From: Chiloscyllium plagiosum
Taxonomy: Eukaryota
NCBI RefSeq assembly: GCF_004010195.1
Contig: NC_057711.1
Span: 74,462,933 to 74,526,932, forward strand
DNA: 64,000 bases
Direction: 5' to 3'
The notes below the pieces were generated by a model. That model had not been told where the DNA came from. It saw nothing but the letters and a program-made list of their open reading frames with translations, and ran no database searches. Positions 24,521-38,189 of this stretch are shown here, piece by piece (the stretch's first letter is position 1; each line of letters opens with the position of its first letter). Position numbers and translations under genes: made by a program.

Positions 24521-26092
24521 GCTCCTGTCACTCCCCTGTGCATGCTTTACAGGTGTTTTTACCAGGACAGTGGCCCTCTCACTGCTCCTCCTGTTACTGC
24601 TGTGGATCCCTAGCACCTGATCCTCCATCTCTCTGTGCCACTCCTCCTCTGCACAGTGGTGGGAGTATGAAGATTTGGACCATCGGTTCTTCTCCCTCTC
24701 TTATGCACTATTCAGAGAGTCAGGCTCACTGGAATCCTTCACTTTGCGACTTAATAATGCACCAAATTCCCTTGCGGAGAGTACAGGATAGTGAGCAACG
24801 TCTATCTTTCATTGGATGTCATCGATGCAGCTCCCATCTTTAGAACCTCTCACCACTGCCCACCCAATGCACCCTTTTTCATCAACAGTCATTGTCACAA
24901 TGACTGACTTCCAAAGGTGGTAGTGAAACATTATCCTAGTTGCTGCCAGTTTTAAATTGTCAGTGATCTGAAGGCCTGTGATTCTCCCTGTACCATTTGC
25001 TAAATTCAAACCTCTGTACAAAATCATATTTGGGATCATATAAATTCATGTTCTTCTACTTCTGCTATTCTTTCAAGGGGCATGTTTAATTCAGATAAAG
25101 GGACACTATCTAATGTGCCTCAAGAACTCTACAAATCCATCTTAATTATTTTATCAATGAGCTTAACTATAGTCCCACCAAGCCCTAACTGAGATGTGAT
25201 CCTCTATCTTTCCCATTACTTTCAAAATATGAATTCAATGGTGCAGTGCTGGTATTCCAGGCAAACATATCCCTCTCGATTTTTCACAACCTCCCCCAAC
25301 CCTCTTAATATACTTATGCAGGCTCTATAAATTTTAGACCACAGTGTTACCCTGAGATCCGTTCTGTGGCCTCAAGTTTTCACTTTTTTATTGAGAATGC
25401 AATGTAGGAATAGAGGCCACAAAATTTAGCTCTGTGTTGCCATTGTTGCTGGCACTTTGAAAGTTGCAAATATCAGCTGGAATATATCCTGCTACTTCTG
25501 GAGTGAGCCATTAGTGTCAACCTAACTTTAAAAATGACCATCAAAGGCATGCCATATGTGCACTGGACAGATTGTGATGCCAAATTGCCTTTCTGCAGTT
25601 ACTTCTATTATAGTGCAACCAATTATTATAATGGTATTTTGAAAATAAACTACTAACTAAATTCAGGTGAGGACTGCAGATCTTTTGCATGCATTTATTA
25701 TGCATTCATTTCTAATTTGTATGAAGATACTGTGGTATTGATTGGACAGAGAAATTCTAGTTTGAAGCAAATTATGGCTGTCAGGCGCAGAAATTAAATG
25801 ACCTATTATTGGTAAAAGTCTCGTCTCTCACAATTGGCTTTGAGACAGAAATGCTACTTTGACACTTGTAATGTTGTATGTGATCTGTTGGGGCTGAACT
25901 TTGAATCTTAACACTTTTTAAAAAAAGGAATGGTAGATCCATATCATTAAATGGCTTGAAGAATTACATCATGTAGCATTTTCACACACAGCAATGAAAT
26001 TCTCCTGAAATAATTTCTGGAAAAGTGAGAAAGCCTACTCCTTGGATAGTATCCAATGCCCTAGAATAATATACAAATACCCCAAATACTCA

Positions 26093-26330
26093 TGTGGTGC
26101 AGTGGCTGTTGGGTCAGAAAGTTTGGGTTGGAGTCTCATGTCAAAATTTGTTGCTGTCCATAGAGAAATTCTTCTATAATGTGCAGAAACAGTTTGATTA
26201 TCAGTCTGCAAATCCTTCCAAAATGTCTGACAATGGGTGATAAGAAGGACAAGTTTCCCAGTCAGCTATCCTGCAGAAGGCACCAGCAAGCCACTGTAGA
26301 ACTTTGCCCATGAGTGAGGACCAATCAAAA
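26093..26330 (+). mobile_element. Possible decayed tRNA-SINE with RTE-like tail
   Basis: gtggtgcagtgg..gggttggagtctc head; gaaggcaccagcaagccactgtagaactttgcc resembles the recalled RTE/BovB-type 3' motif. Confidence 0.35.
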
Positions 26331-26599
26331 GGAACTTAAACGTTCAACCTTCAGAAGCTAGGATGGGAGAAAAGACAAATATACAGGTCATAGGTAGATA
26401 GACAGTCACAGTGACTAGGATGCTGCATTGGTTTTAGTGCTACAAAGCTAGGGAGAGGAAAATCCACTCATATTTGTACTTCTAAATCTCTACTCAGGCA
26501 TAGAAGAAGAAGAAGATCCTTTGAGTTGAGAGCGGCTTGAAATCTATTTGCAGAGATTCCTGAAAGTGGGTTCCTCCAGGCAAAGGGGGCAGACGGTGA

Positions 26600-26890
26600 G
26601 ACAAAGTGCTGGAAGGTGTTGTTGACAGTGCCATCAAATGCAACACGGTCACAAATGATTTGTTCACCAATGCTCAATTTGGCTTCCAGCAGTACCACTT
26701 GTTTTCAGACTTCATGACAATATTGGTCCAAATATAGACAAAAAGCTAAATTTCAAAAATGAAGTGAGAGGTGAGGCAACATTTGACTGAGGGTGGCATT
26801 AAGGAGCCCCAGTAAAACTGAAGTGAGTAAGAATCAAAGTTAAAAAAAAATCCATTGGCTGAATTCATATCCAGCCCAAACATCGGAGGT
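26600..26890 (+). mobile_element. LINE family 2 RT fragment
   Basis: KVLEGVVDSAIK, LFTNAQFGFQQYHLFSDFMTILVQ and ATFD*GWH remnants. Confidence 0.65.
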
Positions 26891-27202
26891 CAAAATTTTC
26901 AGAAGACAGAGCTGTTAATAGTGGAATAAAGACAATGGAGGATTTTTAAAGGAAAACAGTACTGTAGAAATTCAGATGTCTTGAAGGATGTAAGACTGAA
27001 GGAAATTAGGTAAGTAAGCAGAGTTAAGACCACAGAAGGATTTAAAAACAAGACGAGTGTCTTAAAATTTAGGTAGTGCTAGAACAGAAGTTATTTTAGA
27101 ACATGATAATGAGATAGAGCTGAGTGTAATTGTGAACATGCGCAACAACAGCAGTTTTAAAAGGGAGAAGAACAGACAAAGGAAGCACATGGTGAGGTTG
27201 TA

Positions 27203-29995
27203 GGAGAGAGAGAGAGAAAGAAACTGACAGAGCAGTGAACCTGCACAGTTACTGCCTTTGCTGTTTGAATTCATGTATCGCTGGACATCGGAGTGCATTT
27301 GGGAAAATTAGCAAACAGTGAAATTCACAACTGATTTTGGAGGAATTATTTGGGCGAAGTTCGCAGCACAGAAGCAGATAAGTGTATTGTATTGTTTTTA
27401 AGTGTGACCTACAGAAAGTCTGCAGTAGAGAATAGACTGGGTTCTTTCTTGATTATATGTTTTTTGAGATATGTCTCTGAATTAAACTTAAAATATAAGC
27501 CATAACTATTCATTTAACTGAGGATAGTGTTTTGTAGAGGAATAAGACAGTGTTATTTTCTGGGTCTGTAGATTGTGAAGGAGCAAAAATGGCCTTTGGT
27601 AGAGTGATATACACTTCTTGTCAGATGTGGGAGTTTAAAGAGTGTTTAAGGTTTACTGCAGATTGTATCTGCAATGAATGCTGTTGGTTGTGAATCTTAT
27701 CAGATTGAATGGATCAGTTGGAGAGACAGTTAGAAGCAATGAGGAATTTGCAAAAGCGACAGGATGTGATGGATGGCAGTTATAGGAAGGGGAGAAAGCC
27801 TCAGATACAGTCACATAGATGGGTTAACTCCAGGAAAGATAAGAGAGGTAGGCAGCTAGTGCAGGAGCCTTCGTGGCTATACCCATTTCAAACAAGAATG
27901 CTGTTTTGGAAAATGTAGGAGGTGATGGATTCTCAGGGGAACGTAGCACAAACAGCCAAGTTTCTGGTATTGAGATTGGCTCTCATGCAATGAGGGGTAC
28001 GTCGGGTTCAAAGAGATCAATTGTGTTAGGGGATTCTGTAGTCCGAGGTACAGGCAGACGTTTCTGTGGCCAGCAGAGATAAAGCAGAATGGTGTGTTGT
28101 TTCCCTGGCGCCAGGATCAAGGATGTCTCAAAGAGGGTGTAGAATGTTCTCACGGGGGAGAGGGACCAGTAAGAGGTCATTGTCCACATTGGAACCAACG
28201 ATATAGGAAGGGAAAAAGTTGAGATTCTGAAGGGAGATTACAGAGAGTTAGGCAGAAATTTAAAAAGGAGGTCATCAAGACTAGTAATATCTGGATTACT
28301 CCCGGTGCTACAAGCTAGTGAGGGCAGGAATAGGAGGATAGAGCAGATGAATGCATGGCTGAGGAGCTGGTGTATGGGAGAAGGATTCACATTTTGGGAT
28401 CATTGGAATCTCTTTTGGGGTAGAAGTGACCTGTACAAGAAGGACAGATTGCACCTAAATTGGAAGGGGACTAATATACTGGCAGGGAAATTTGCTCGAG
28501 CTGTTTGGGAGGATTTAAACTAGTAAGGTGGGGGGGTGGTGGGACCCAGGGAGATAGTGAGGAAAGAGATCAATCTGAGACTGGTACAGTTGAGAACAGA
28601 AGCGAGTCAAACAGTGAGGGCAGGCAGGGACAAGGTAGGACGAATAAATTAAACTACATTTATTTCAATGCAAGGGGCCTAACAGGGAAGGCAGATGAAC
28701 TCAGGGCATATTTAGGAACATGGGACTGGGATATCATAGCAATTACTGAAACATGGGTCAGGGATGGGCAGGACTGGCAGCTTAATGTTCCAGGATACAA
28801 ATGCTACAGGAAGGATAGAAAAGGAGGCAAGAGAAAAGAGGGAGTGGCGTTTTCGATCAAGGATAGCATTCCAGCTGTACTGAGGGAGGATATTCCTGGA
28901 AATACATCCAGGGAAGTTATTTGGGTGGAACTGAGAAATAAGAAAGGGATGATCACCTTATTGGGATTGTATTATACACCTCCTAATAGTCAGTGGGAAA
29001 TTGAGAAACATATTGGTAAGGAGATCTCAGCTATCTGTAAGAATAATAGGGTGGTTATGATAGGGGATTTTAACTTTCCAAACATAGACTGGGACTGCCA
29101 TAGTGTTAAGGGTTTAGATGGGGAGGAATTTGTTAAGTGTGAAAAGAAAACTTTCTGATTCAATACGTGGATGAACCTACTAGAGAAGATGCAAAACCTG
29201 ACCTACTCTTGGGAAATAAGGCTGGGCAGGTGACAGGTATCAGTCAGGGAGCACTTTAGGGCCAGCGACCATAATTCCATTAAAATTAAAATAGTGATGG
29301 AAGAGGATAGACCAGATCTAAAAGTTGAAGTCTTAAATTGGAGAAAGGCTAATTTTGATGGTATTAGACAAGAACTTTTGAATATCTGGGGGCAGATATT
29401 CGCAGGTAAAGGGACGGCTGGAAAATGGGGAGCCTTCAGAAATGAGATAACGAGAATCCAGAGAAAGTATATTCCTGTCAGGGTGAAAGGAAAGACTGGT
29501 ATGTACTTGAAAGGGTTCAGGAAAGATTAACAATGATGTTATCAGGGTTGGAGGATTTGAGCTATAAGGACAGGCTGAACAGGCTGGGGCTGTTTTACCT
29601 AGAGCGTTGGAGGCTGAGGGGTGACCTTATAGAGGTTTACAAAATTATGAGGGGCATTGATAGTCTTTTCCCTGGAGTGGGGGAATCCAGAACTAGAGGG
29701 CATCGGTTTAGGGTGAGAGGGGAAAGATATAAAAGAGACCTAAGGGGCAACTTTTACATCCAGAGGGTGGTATGTGTATGGAATGAGCTGCCAGAGGAAG
29801 TGGTGGAGGCTGGTACAATTGCAACATTTAAAAGGCATTTGGATGGATATAAGAATAGGGAGGGTTTGGAGGGATATGGGCCGGGTGCTGGCAGGTGGGA
29901 CTAGATTGAGTTGGGAAATCTGGTCGGCATGGATGGGTTGTACCGAAGGGTCTGTTTCCATGCTGTATATCTCTGTGGCTCTATAACTCTATAAC
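27203..29995 (+). mobile_element. CR1/HER1 LINE with 5' UTR, ORF1 and endonuclease but RT domain deleted
   Basis: 5' GA-rich start; ORF1; ORF2 YFNARGL, IIAITETW, GDFNFPNIDW (ORF 28505..29158); jumps at ~29505 to ORF2 C-terminus; 3' stem-loop and (actctata)n tail. Confidence 0.93.
27589..28523 (+). pseudogene. CR1 ORF1 (Zn-finger/coiled coil plus SGNH/GDSL esterase), disrupted
   Basis: MAFGRVIYTSCQMWE..CICNECCWL; LERQLEAMRNLQ; IVLGDSVVRG, CFPGARIKDV, HIGTND, KDRLHLNWKG; several stops and frameshifts. Confidence 0.88.
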
Positions 29996-30958
29996 CCATG
30001 AACTTACAGCATTGAATGATATCAAGCAGCCTATTGAAAATGATCTTGTCTTCCCTGCTCTTTCTCCAATGTCATGCATTCATTCTCCTCTCTTCAAGTG
30101 CATTTCAAATTTCCTCTTGAACATTACAAGTAAATCTACTTCAACCATTTTCTTATCTAGTGCATTGTAGATCAAAACAGCTCATGGTTGGTTGAGTTAG
30201 AAAATTACATCAGTGACCTAACATGGACCAATAATCATTATTGAATGTTGGTTCAATAGTTAATCTAAAGAAAACAGTGAGATTATTTTATTTAAACAAA
30301 AATTAAAAATAGCAATCCAAACAGATATAAATTTTATTTCATCCTGGAAGTATTTTATTCAAAACTAAGATGAGTTTCTACTTATGGGGAAGTTAAATAT
30401 TGTATTTCATACTAAAAATGATTCCTACAGTTTTAAGCTTCTAGTTACTATTCATCATTCTTTGCACCTAAGGCACAATCTCTCCAACCCACCTTGCAGA
30501 AATACTAGCAGACATTAAAAAGCTCTTGAGCCCAGAATGCCAGCTTAGAAAAATGTAAGTGGCTGTAAACTCTGCTGCCTGTCAACCTTTATTTGTCCTT
30601 TGCATCAGGAATAAAAGAACAAATGTATTGCTGCAGGCCTCAAGATAAGATTTTAGCAAAGAATGTGACACTTGTACTACGCAGCATAAGAGATAGTTTA
30701 GGTGACAGTGACTATTTGTGGTGGACCAGACAAATACCCATAGGGCCTACACTTCCCTCACACCAATCCTGAAAGCCAATTCATCTCCTTAGTTGCAAAC
30801 CAACACTGTCAATAAGAATATATCATCCCTTTTGTAGTGTGGAAGAGCTGTCTGTAATAATTCCCATTATGCTGACTCTGAGATTTTCCATTAGTGCAAC
30901 CACCTGCTGGGTCATTTCACTTAGGCTTATTGCCGTCAGAACTTGAATGTATCATCAC

Positions 30959-31171
30959 CTGCAGCCAGAAAGGAAATAAATGTATTACCAATGATTCTCA
31001 TTTTGATTATTAAGATCTGAAAGATGAACTATAGAAATATTTGTTTGGTGCCATATGGACAAACATCATTTTATCCTCTTCAGTAACTGTAAACCAAAAA
31101 AGAGGCACATAGAGTAACTCTGCAGCCAGAAAAGAAATGAGTGTATCATCATTGATTTTCATTTTGATTAT
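30959..31171 (+). repeat. 52-bp diverged direct repeat (30959-31010 and 31120-31171)
   Basis: ctgcagccagaaa(g/a)gaaat...cattttgattat, 45/52 identical by manual alignment. Confidence 0.85.
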
Positions 31172-31711
31172 AATATGACTTTATATGATTTCTCCTCTCC
31201 TAAACATTTCAGTGACAACTGATTGTCATGCAACATGTGCAGGATTTATGCTATTGCAAGTCTCAGTAAATAAGATGGTCTTTGGAGCCTCAAAAAATCA
31301 TTACAGAAAAGGGTCAAATTACAGAGTATAAAATGGAATGGCCAAAGTTGGTGCAGGAGAGCCTATTTAGGTTCAGTATCACCATGTATGGTCTGCTTTG
31401 TGTGAGCCTGTCTTAAACTCCTGTGCAGCTTCTTGGCAACCCAGGCCATGTCATTATGATGTGTATATATTTATCAGGGTTTGTCTCATAAACTACTGTA
31501 ATCACTCCCCACCTCAACAGGAAATGATGTATCAGTCCAATTACTTGTGAATCAGTCGACAAGCAACACAGTAGGGATCGGATTTGCTGTACTTAGCTCC
31601 CAGTGACCATTATCTGTACATAGTCTCATCTTCAAATAAAGAACTCATGTTATTGTTTGATTGGTATGTTTAAATGAAAGAAAATAATGAAACAATCTCA
31701 TTTCACCTCCA

Positions 31712-32090
31712 AAGAATTGTACAGTTGAAAAGAAGGCCATTTGGTCAATTGTGCCTTTGCCAATACTTTGAAAGGTCTGGTCAATTATGTCTCTCCTCTG
31801 CTATTACTCCAAAGCACTGCTAAATTTCCCTTTCCAAATATCCATTTCCCTTTTACAAATTATTATTGAATCTATTTCAATGACTCTTTCATGCAGTACT
31901 TTCTAGGTCTGAACAGTTCCCTGTGCAAAAATAAAATCCTATCATGTCCCAACAAGTTCCTTTGTCAATTATTTTAAACCTTTGTCCTTTAATTATGACC
32001 CACCCACTAGGAGAAACAATTTATCTTGTCTATTACATTTCTCAAATTTGAACAATTTGATTAAATCTGCCTTTAGAAGGATATCAATCC
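31712..32090 (-). mobile_element. Old CR1 3' end
   Basis: aagaattgtacagttgaaaagaaggccatttggtc matches the reverse of CR1 tails; heavily decayed. Confidence 0.55.
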
Positions 32091-35000
32091 TACTTTCACC
32101 AGTGACCCCACAATCATAAAATAAAGCAATAAAAAGTTGGAAATTTACAAAAGATCAATTATCTAAATAAAGGTGAAACACAAGTAATCCTTTGGATCCA
32201 GGGCTATGTTCCATCAATGTAGCCTAATTTTGGAAGCCTCTAAGCAATACAAGATTAGACTATAGGATATGAACAGTGCAGAAGCTTGAGGATTTATTTT
32301 ATAACCTAAGGGAAACTAGAATAACTAATATATTTTATTGCAATGTATCAGTTATATTTTCATAAATGTTTTTTCATTATTTATGATTTACTCCATTATT
32401 TAAAATATATTACCTAAAAAATGAATAAAATCAGGTCATATAGAAAGCCTAATGTTTCAGGTTCAAGACTAACTGACTGGGTGAAGTCACATTGGAATTG
32501 GTATGCAGTACCAACTCCTCTTCCAGATCATGGGGGATCTTTAATTTACAATTCAGCCAGTTAGAATCTGTGGGCTGAAACTTATCAGAAATTGGCCAAG
32601 TGTCATTTTTAGTGAGTTTCATGGAGATTTTTTCTCCGTGAGCCCTGGAGAATTTTCTCGTGCCATCTTCCAAAACTTATCTCATTACCTGTGTACCATG
32701 CCACTACAGTACACTATCCATTGTATTCTCTTACTCGCCACAGGTGGAAATATTGGCTAGTGCTAGAAGCTCCAGGACTCCTGGTGTCAGCACCATCTCA
32801 AAAATCCACTTGTTCTCCCAGTCAAACAATGGCAGCCCTCCATGGTTTCTTTTATTTGCCCCAGATATATCAAAGAAAGGGTAATTGGCACTAAGATTTG
32901 GAGCCACGGCCCTGGAGGTATGTTGGACAGGGTTTGGTGGAGAGTTGCATTTGATTGTTGCACATGGAGCATGCCCCCAGATGTTGTTGAGTGATGGAGG
33001 TCCAGAAGAACAGGAGTGGCCTGTGACAACTCTCATGTTATCTCTGGGGATTGTTGCCATCTTGTTTCTATCTAGTGGGTGGGAGAAAGGGAAACTACAA
33101 ATCGCTGAGATAACTTAACGTAATAAAACGGATATAATTGCATGCTAATGCACATGAATGTATGAATTGAGAGAATCTCAACTCATCACTCGACACTTGG
33201 CTAGAAAATAGTTCTTTTTGTTCTTGCCAGCAGTAAACACCTCATTGTTTATCTTATGCAATTCCTCCAGCTTTCTTGTTAATATCATTATTGTTTGGTG
33301 CCTGGAAATATTCAATAGTAAGTAATTTTTTATATATTCCAGGAATTCTCTGTAACCTTGAAAGTTTTACCCAAATTAGATGTAAGTGTAGCATTTTTCT
33401 ACTTAGAATAATTTTAATCCCAATAATATTTAACATTTTCTTTCAGTAGGATTTGACATTTGGGGAATAGCAATTCCACTATATGCTTGTGAGGTTATGC
33501 AATAAAAAATTAAACCATACAGATGTAGAAAGTCCAAAGTTTTAGTCTTTTTTGCACTATTATTTATTTCAATATTGAAACATTTCATTTAACCTCAGTA
33601 GCCTCAGTTGTTCTCAGTTACAGTGGGAGAATCAGCAGGAAAATGTGTATGCTTCAATGGTAGATGAGGACAAGATGCAGCTTGGCCATATTTTCCCCAG
33701 AGTCAAATTGGCACTTGATATTTATCATCAATTTTCACACATGTAAAAAGCCATTTGAGCATGCACCAAAGGACATCAAGGGCATTGGAACTGTCCTCCA
33801 TCAAGGAATCAATGCTTCAAAATGGAATACAAAATATTTGTAATAAAAATATTTTTTTGAAGAACAGTCATGTACAGTTTGCTTTCAGTATTCATCCCAA
33901 ATAACTATCATATTCCTCATGTTCCCAATGCACATCATTTTGAGATATTACTAACAGTGCTTAAACATTCTGTATGATGGTAAAAGCCAATAGTAGTGAA
34001 AACACTCTGTGTGTAGCTTAGACAGAGTGAAACACTGTCCGTTCAAGTTAATAGGCCTCTATTATTACCTCAGGTCATGAACCTAGAGGGCAAATTTCCC
34101 TGCTGAATGCTGATGCTGTTTAATTAATGTCCACAGTTGTTATGTCAACATAATGCATTTGCTGAATTAAAAAAAACATGCTTTGATGTTCAATAAAATT
34201 GACTTGTTCATCAAAATCATCCTTCTTAAAATTAATCTAGAATATAATTTTGGTTGTAAGTAATCTTCATGTTTCTCATTTATAATACGTTATGTATGCC
34301 ACACCCCTCATTATATGTAAGTCTGTCAGAATGCGTCACTGTTATCGGTCTGTTGGACAAACATTTTTTTCCTACATTGTGGGTCATTCTCTACAGCAGT
34401 GCCTCATTATCACAAGCTAAATGTTCATCTCCCAGGACTTTGTTATAATGAGGGTGGAATTCATATGAAGTAACATTGAGGGACATTGCTGCATCCAGAA
34501 GTATGAGTTCATTATAATTATAATATCCCTTTCCTGACAATTTCCATTAAATTTTAGATTAATTTAGCAATTTTAGCATTAGTCATCCAATGGCCTAAGT
34601 GCATTTAGACAGAGTCAGATGTCAGCTGATCAACAAATATACAGTGTACATTTATTTTAGAAATGAAATTCTTAATTTAAAAACTCTCAGTGTTTTCTTG
34701 CTGATTATTTTCTGATTAATTATTCATCTGTTTTCCTGCTTCTATTTACTACAGATATATTTATCTCAATCCCTTAATCTTTTGGGATTTCTCTATGCTT
34801 CTTGGAAAATGTCACACAATTTCTTCCTGTTCATTTCTGGAGGGTTACTTAATTATTTGTTAACTGAGTAACTTATATATGTAGTAGCTCATCATCAGCT
34901 TTCCAATGTAGGGCACTAAGATTTTCACACAAATACGAGTCACTGTTTCTTCAATGCAGATTGCACAGAATACACTCCATGTTGATAGCTGAGGCACATG

Positions 35001-35369
35001 CTAAATAACAACTTCAGCTTTGACAAATCCTTTCGGAGCATGTTTCTTCAATTATACCAGAATTATAATGCAGATGGTGGCATTTCAGATGTGCACAAAG
35101 AGCTTAACTCCAATGGACAGAGTCCAAGGTTTCAGAACCATAAATTGCAATGTCAATAAGATCTGTTACAACAGGAAGAAGAACTCTATCTCTGGGTTTG
35201 TTCTATCTCTGGGATTCACAAGATGGATGCTACCTCTCAGATTTCCATGCCCAATCCTATTGAAACACCAGCAACCTGAATTCCCCAAAGCACTCAATTA
35301 CTTGTGTACTTATCGCTTCTTTAGATATGGTGTGCTGATCTCTTGTTGCAATCTTTCGATGGCCCATGG

Positions 35370-35755
35370 CAGTTTTGGTCCAGTGTGGCCTCAGTGTGGA
35401 TTTCTGAGGAGGTTCCAGAGTGGTCTCCCAATCTCATGAACCTCAGTGTGAAGCCCGGCGGTCTGGAGATATAAACCTGGTGTGGACAGGAGGCTAGATA
35501 CCAGTGTGGACTGGGTTGGAAGGATTGTTGTTCCAAACATTTTATTTCTCTATTTTCTCAATTATTCCTATGATTTGAAATGCTGGACTTATTGCTTTAT
35601 TTTTTGAATTAATTTTCCCTGTTATATTGAAGTTGTGCTGAAGATCTGTACCCAGGTACCTTGTACCTAAGATGGCGCCGTAAGTGGCAACCTGTAAGCT
35701 TTTGATTGTATTCTTTTGAGTACATGTGTCAATGAAGCTAATTCAATTAAATCCA
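35370..35755 (+). mobile_element. Non-autonomous element with Rex1-like 3' tail (related tail at ~13210-13297)
   Basis: aagatggcgccg..gcttttgattgtatt..gtacatgtgtcaatgaa resembles the 3' UTR of the Rex1 piece at 11391-11445 and cttttcactatatt..acatgtgacaataaa at 13229-13278. Confidence 0.5.
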
Positions 35756-36344
35756 ACTTGACATGTTATTTTCATTATAAGTCAGCAAAAATGCTTTCAA
35801 ATTAGCTGTTACATCATTTCTACAGTGTCCATTAATTTTCTGCCAAGATTACAGCAGCATATTGTATAAGGTTGTGGATATGAAAGAGTTAATCTGTGAA
35901 CGAAGCTCAGGTTCTGGCTTTTCTGATATGCAATATAATCATGGAGCACTGTACGGTTGGAGATGGTTAGTGTCTGGCATTGTCTTCTGATTGAGATGTG
36001 CATGCCTTACCTACCTTTTGTTCATTATAATTAATGTGTCTAAGAGTAAAATAACCTGTATATAGTTACTAAGATTGTATCTTGTTGTCTAATCAGAATT
36101 TATTAGTGGTCCACATTCCATTGCAGAAACCCCTTAGTCTATCATAGGAGGGAAGATTGATGGAATAAATGATTGGTACCCAGGCATCACATCAGGTGAG
36201 TTTCCACTTTCAAAGCATTGTCACTTTAAGAAAGGCTCATCCAGTCAGTCAGCAGCTGAAAGTGTTTAAACAGACATCAGTTGGCACAGGCTATTGGCAG
36301 CTGTAATAGCTAGTAGCTGCAATCCAAGGCAAAAAGGTAATCAC

Positions 36345-36680
36345 ATGGGGAGGCACTGGTATTATCGCTGGACAGTTAACCCAGAGTCCCTGGGGACTCA
36401 AGCTTGAATCCTGACATTGGCAAATGGTGGAATTTTAATTCAATTAAAAATCTGGAAGTAAGAGCCTAATGATGACCATGAAACCATTGTCAATTGTCAG
36501 AAAGTCCACCTGATTTACTAATGTCGTTTAGGGAAGGAAACTGCCATCCTTACCTGGGCTGGACTATATGTGACTCCAGACCCACAGCAATGTGGCTGAA
36601 TCTTAACTACCCTGTAGGATGGCAATAAATGCTAGCCTTTGTAATGATGCCCTCAGCCCAAGGATGATTTTTTTAAAAAC
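36345..36680 (+). mobile_element. tRNA-derived SINE (family 2)
   Basis: Homologous to 3068-3375; tail ggatggcaataaatgctagcc. Confidence 0.8.
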
Positions 36681-37666
36681 CTGTGCTGGAAGAAAGCACA
36701 TATAGAGCCAAGGTGAATCACAAATAGTCACATTCGGGTATTAAGAGAGTGGTTCTGAGTTAGGAATCAGCTGAGCTGTGTTTAGGTATTGGAGCTTGAG
36801 CAGTAAGTTATACCCCTCAGGGAAAAGATTAGAAAATGTACAAAGAAGATACAGTTGCAAAATTTAAAATGGGGACACAAATGTATATCGAAATCAGGAA
36901 TGTTAAAAACAGATGTCATTATAAGTCCACTGCAAAGGAAGATTAAGACCAGTAATGTATTTCAGAGGCTAGAATAGAATTATCAAAACATCAGAATATT
37001 TAAATTGTGGAGCACACAATTTTGTTGAGAGAAAAGAAAGATGCAAATCATCCCAACAAGAAGGCAATTGAAAGCAAGCACTCCAAGTTGATAAAAAATG
37101 AGAAAATTTCCAAGAACAAGCAAAAAGGCAGGATTTCTCCATTTTGATTCCTAAATCCAGTAAAATTATATAAATAATGAGGCAAAATAATTGATTAGAA
37201 CTTATAAGTTTTTCAGGTGTTTAAAATAATTTTGATAGCTTCGTTGTTAGAACCATGTTAACATACACAATTTTAAACTCTAAATGATTCTAACAATACA
37301 ACGGCCTTATATTTCAGAGGGAAGTAGTAACTTGCTGAAGAACAACAAATAAATGTAAGTTACTGTTTTATTGTAAGACTTTAATAGTGGTAAAGATTTA
37401 TGAAAGACTCATAAATAAAGAAAAAAAGCTATGAGGACATCAGAAAGCTTTACAGTAATTTGATAGACTTTAATCCTGAATACAGAAAGACAAACTTAAA
37501 GAACATCAAATCAAAAATAAAGTACAAAATAAAATATTTTTACTAATAATTTTCATTAACTCATTAAGGATAACTGGAAGGACATAATAATTCCAAGTAT
37601 ATTCAACATAAGAGATGATTCTAATAGATCAAATGTTGGAATTAATGGAGAGAACGATTTCATTGA

Positions 37667-37983
37667 TAGAATCATAGAATCCATTCAATGTGGAAACAGG
37701 CCCTTCGGCCCAACAAGTCCACACCGATCCTCCGAAGAATACCCCACCCAATCCATTCCCCATTATTCTATATTTTTTGCTGACTCATGCATCTAACCTA
37801 CACACCCCTGAACACTATGGGCAACCTAGCATGGCCTATTCACCTAACCTGCAAATCTTTGGATTGTGGGAGGAAACCCATGCAGACATGGGGAGAATGT
37901 GCAAACTCCACACAGAAAGTCACCTGAGGCTGGAATCGAACGTGCGTCCCTGGCGCTGTGAGGTAGCAATGCTAACCCTGCCG
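37667..37983 (-). mobile_element. HE1-type SINE
   Basis: V-domain, CR1-like tail, (atagaatc)n end. Confidence 0.9.
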
Positions 37984-38189
37984 TTCTGAGATATAGATTT
38001 GTTTACATTGGTATACAAATTCAGTAGTAGAACAATATAATGCCCAATAATATTCAGCAGGTCCTTGAGCTGATAATATTACAAGTCATCAAAAATGATG
38101 ACTTGTAAAACACTTTAAAAAATGTTATGTAAGCTTTGAGCAGTTATTTTGACTCAAGAACAAGTTGAATGAACAAGAAGTGTTCGATT

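Noticed and set aside
32690..33120. GC-richer patch with overlapping short ORFs on both strands
   Set aside because: No motif recognised in any frame; most likely an unidentified decayed repeat
35020..35439. 139-aa ORF
   Set aside because: TTG start, no recognisable domain, runs into a repeat
36014..36056. Minus-strand micro-exon (YFTLRHINYNEQK, donor gtaggtaag)
   Set aside because: Acceptor lacks a pyrimidine tract; expected by chance
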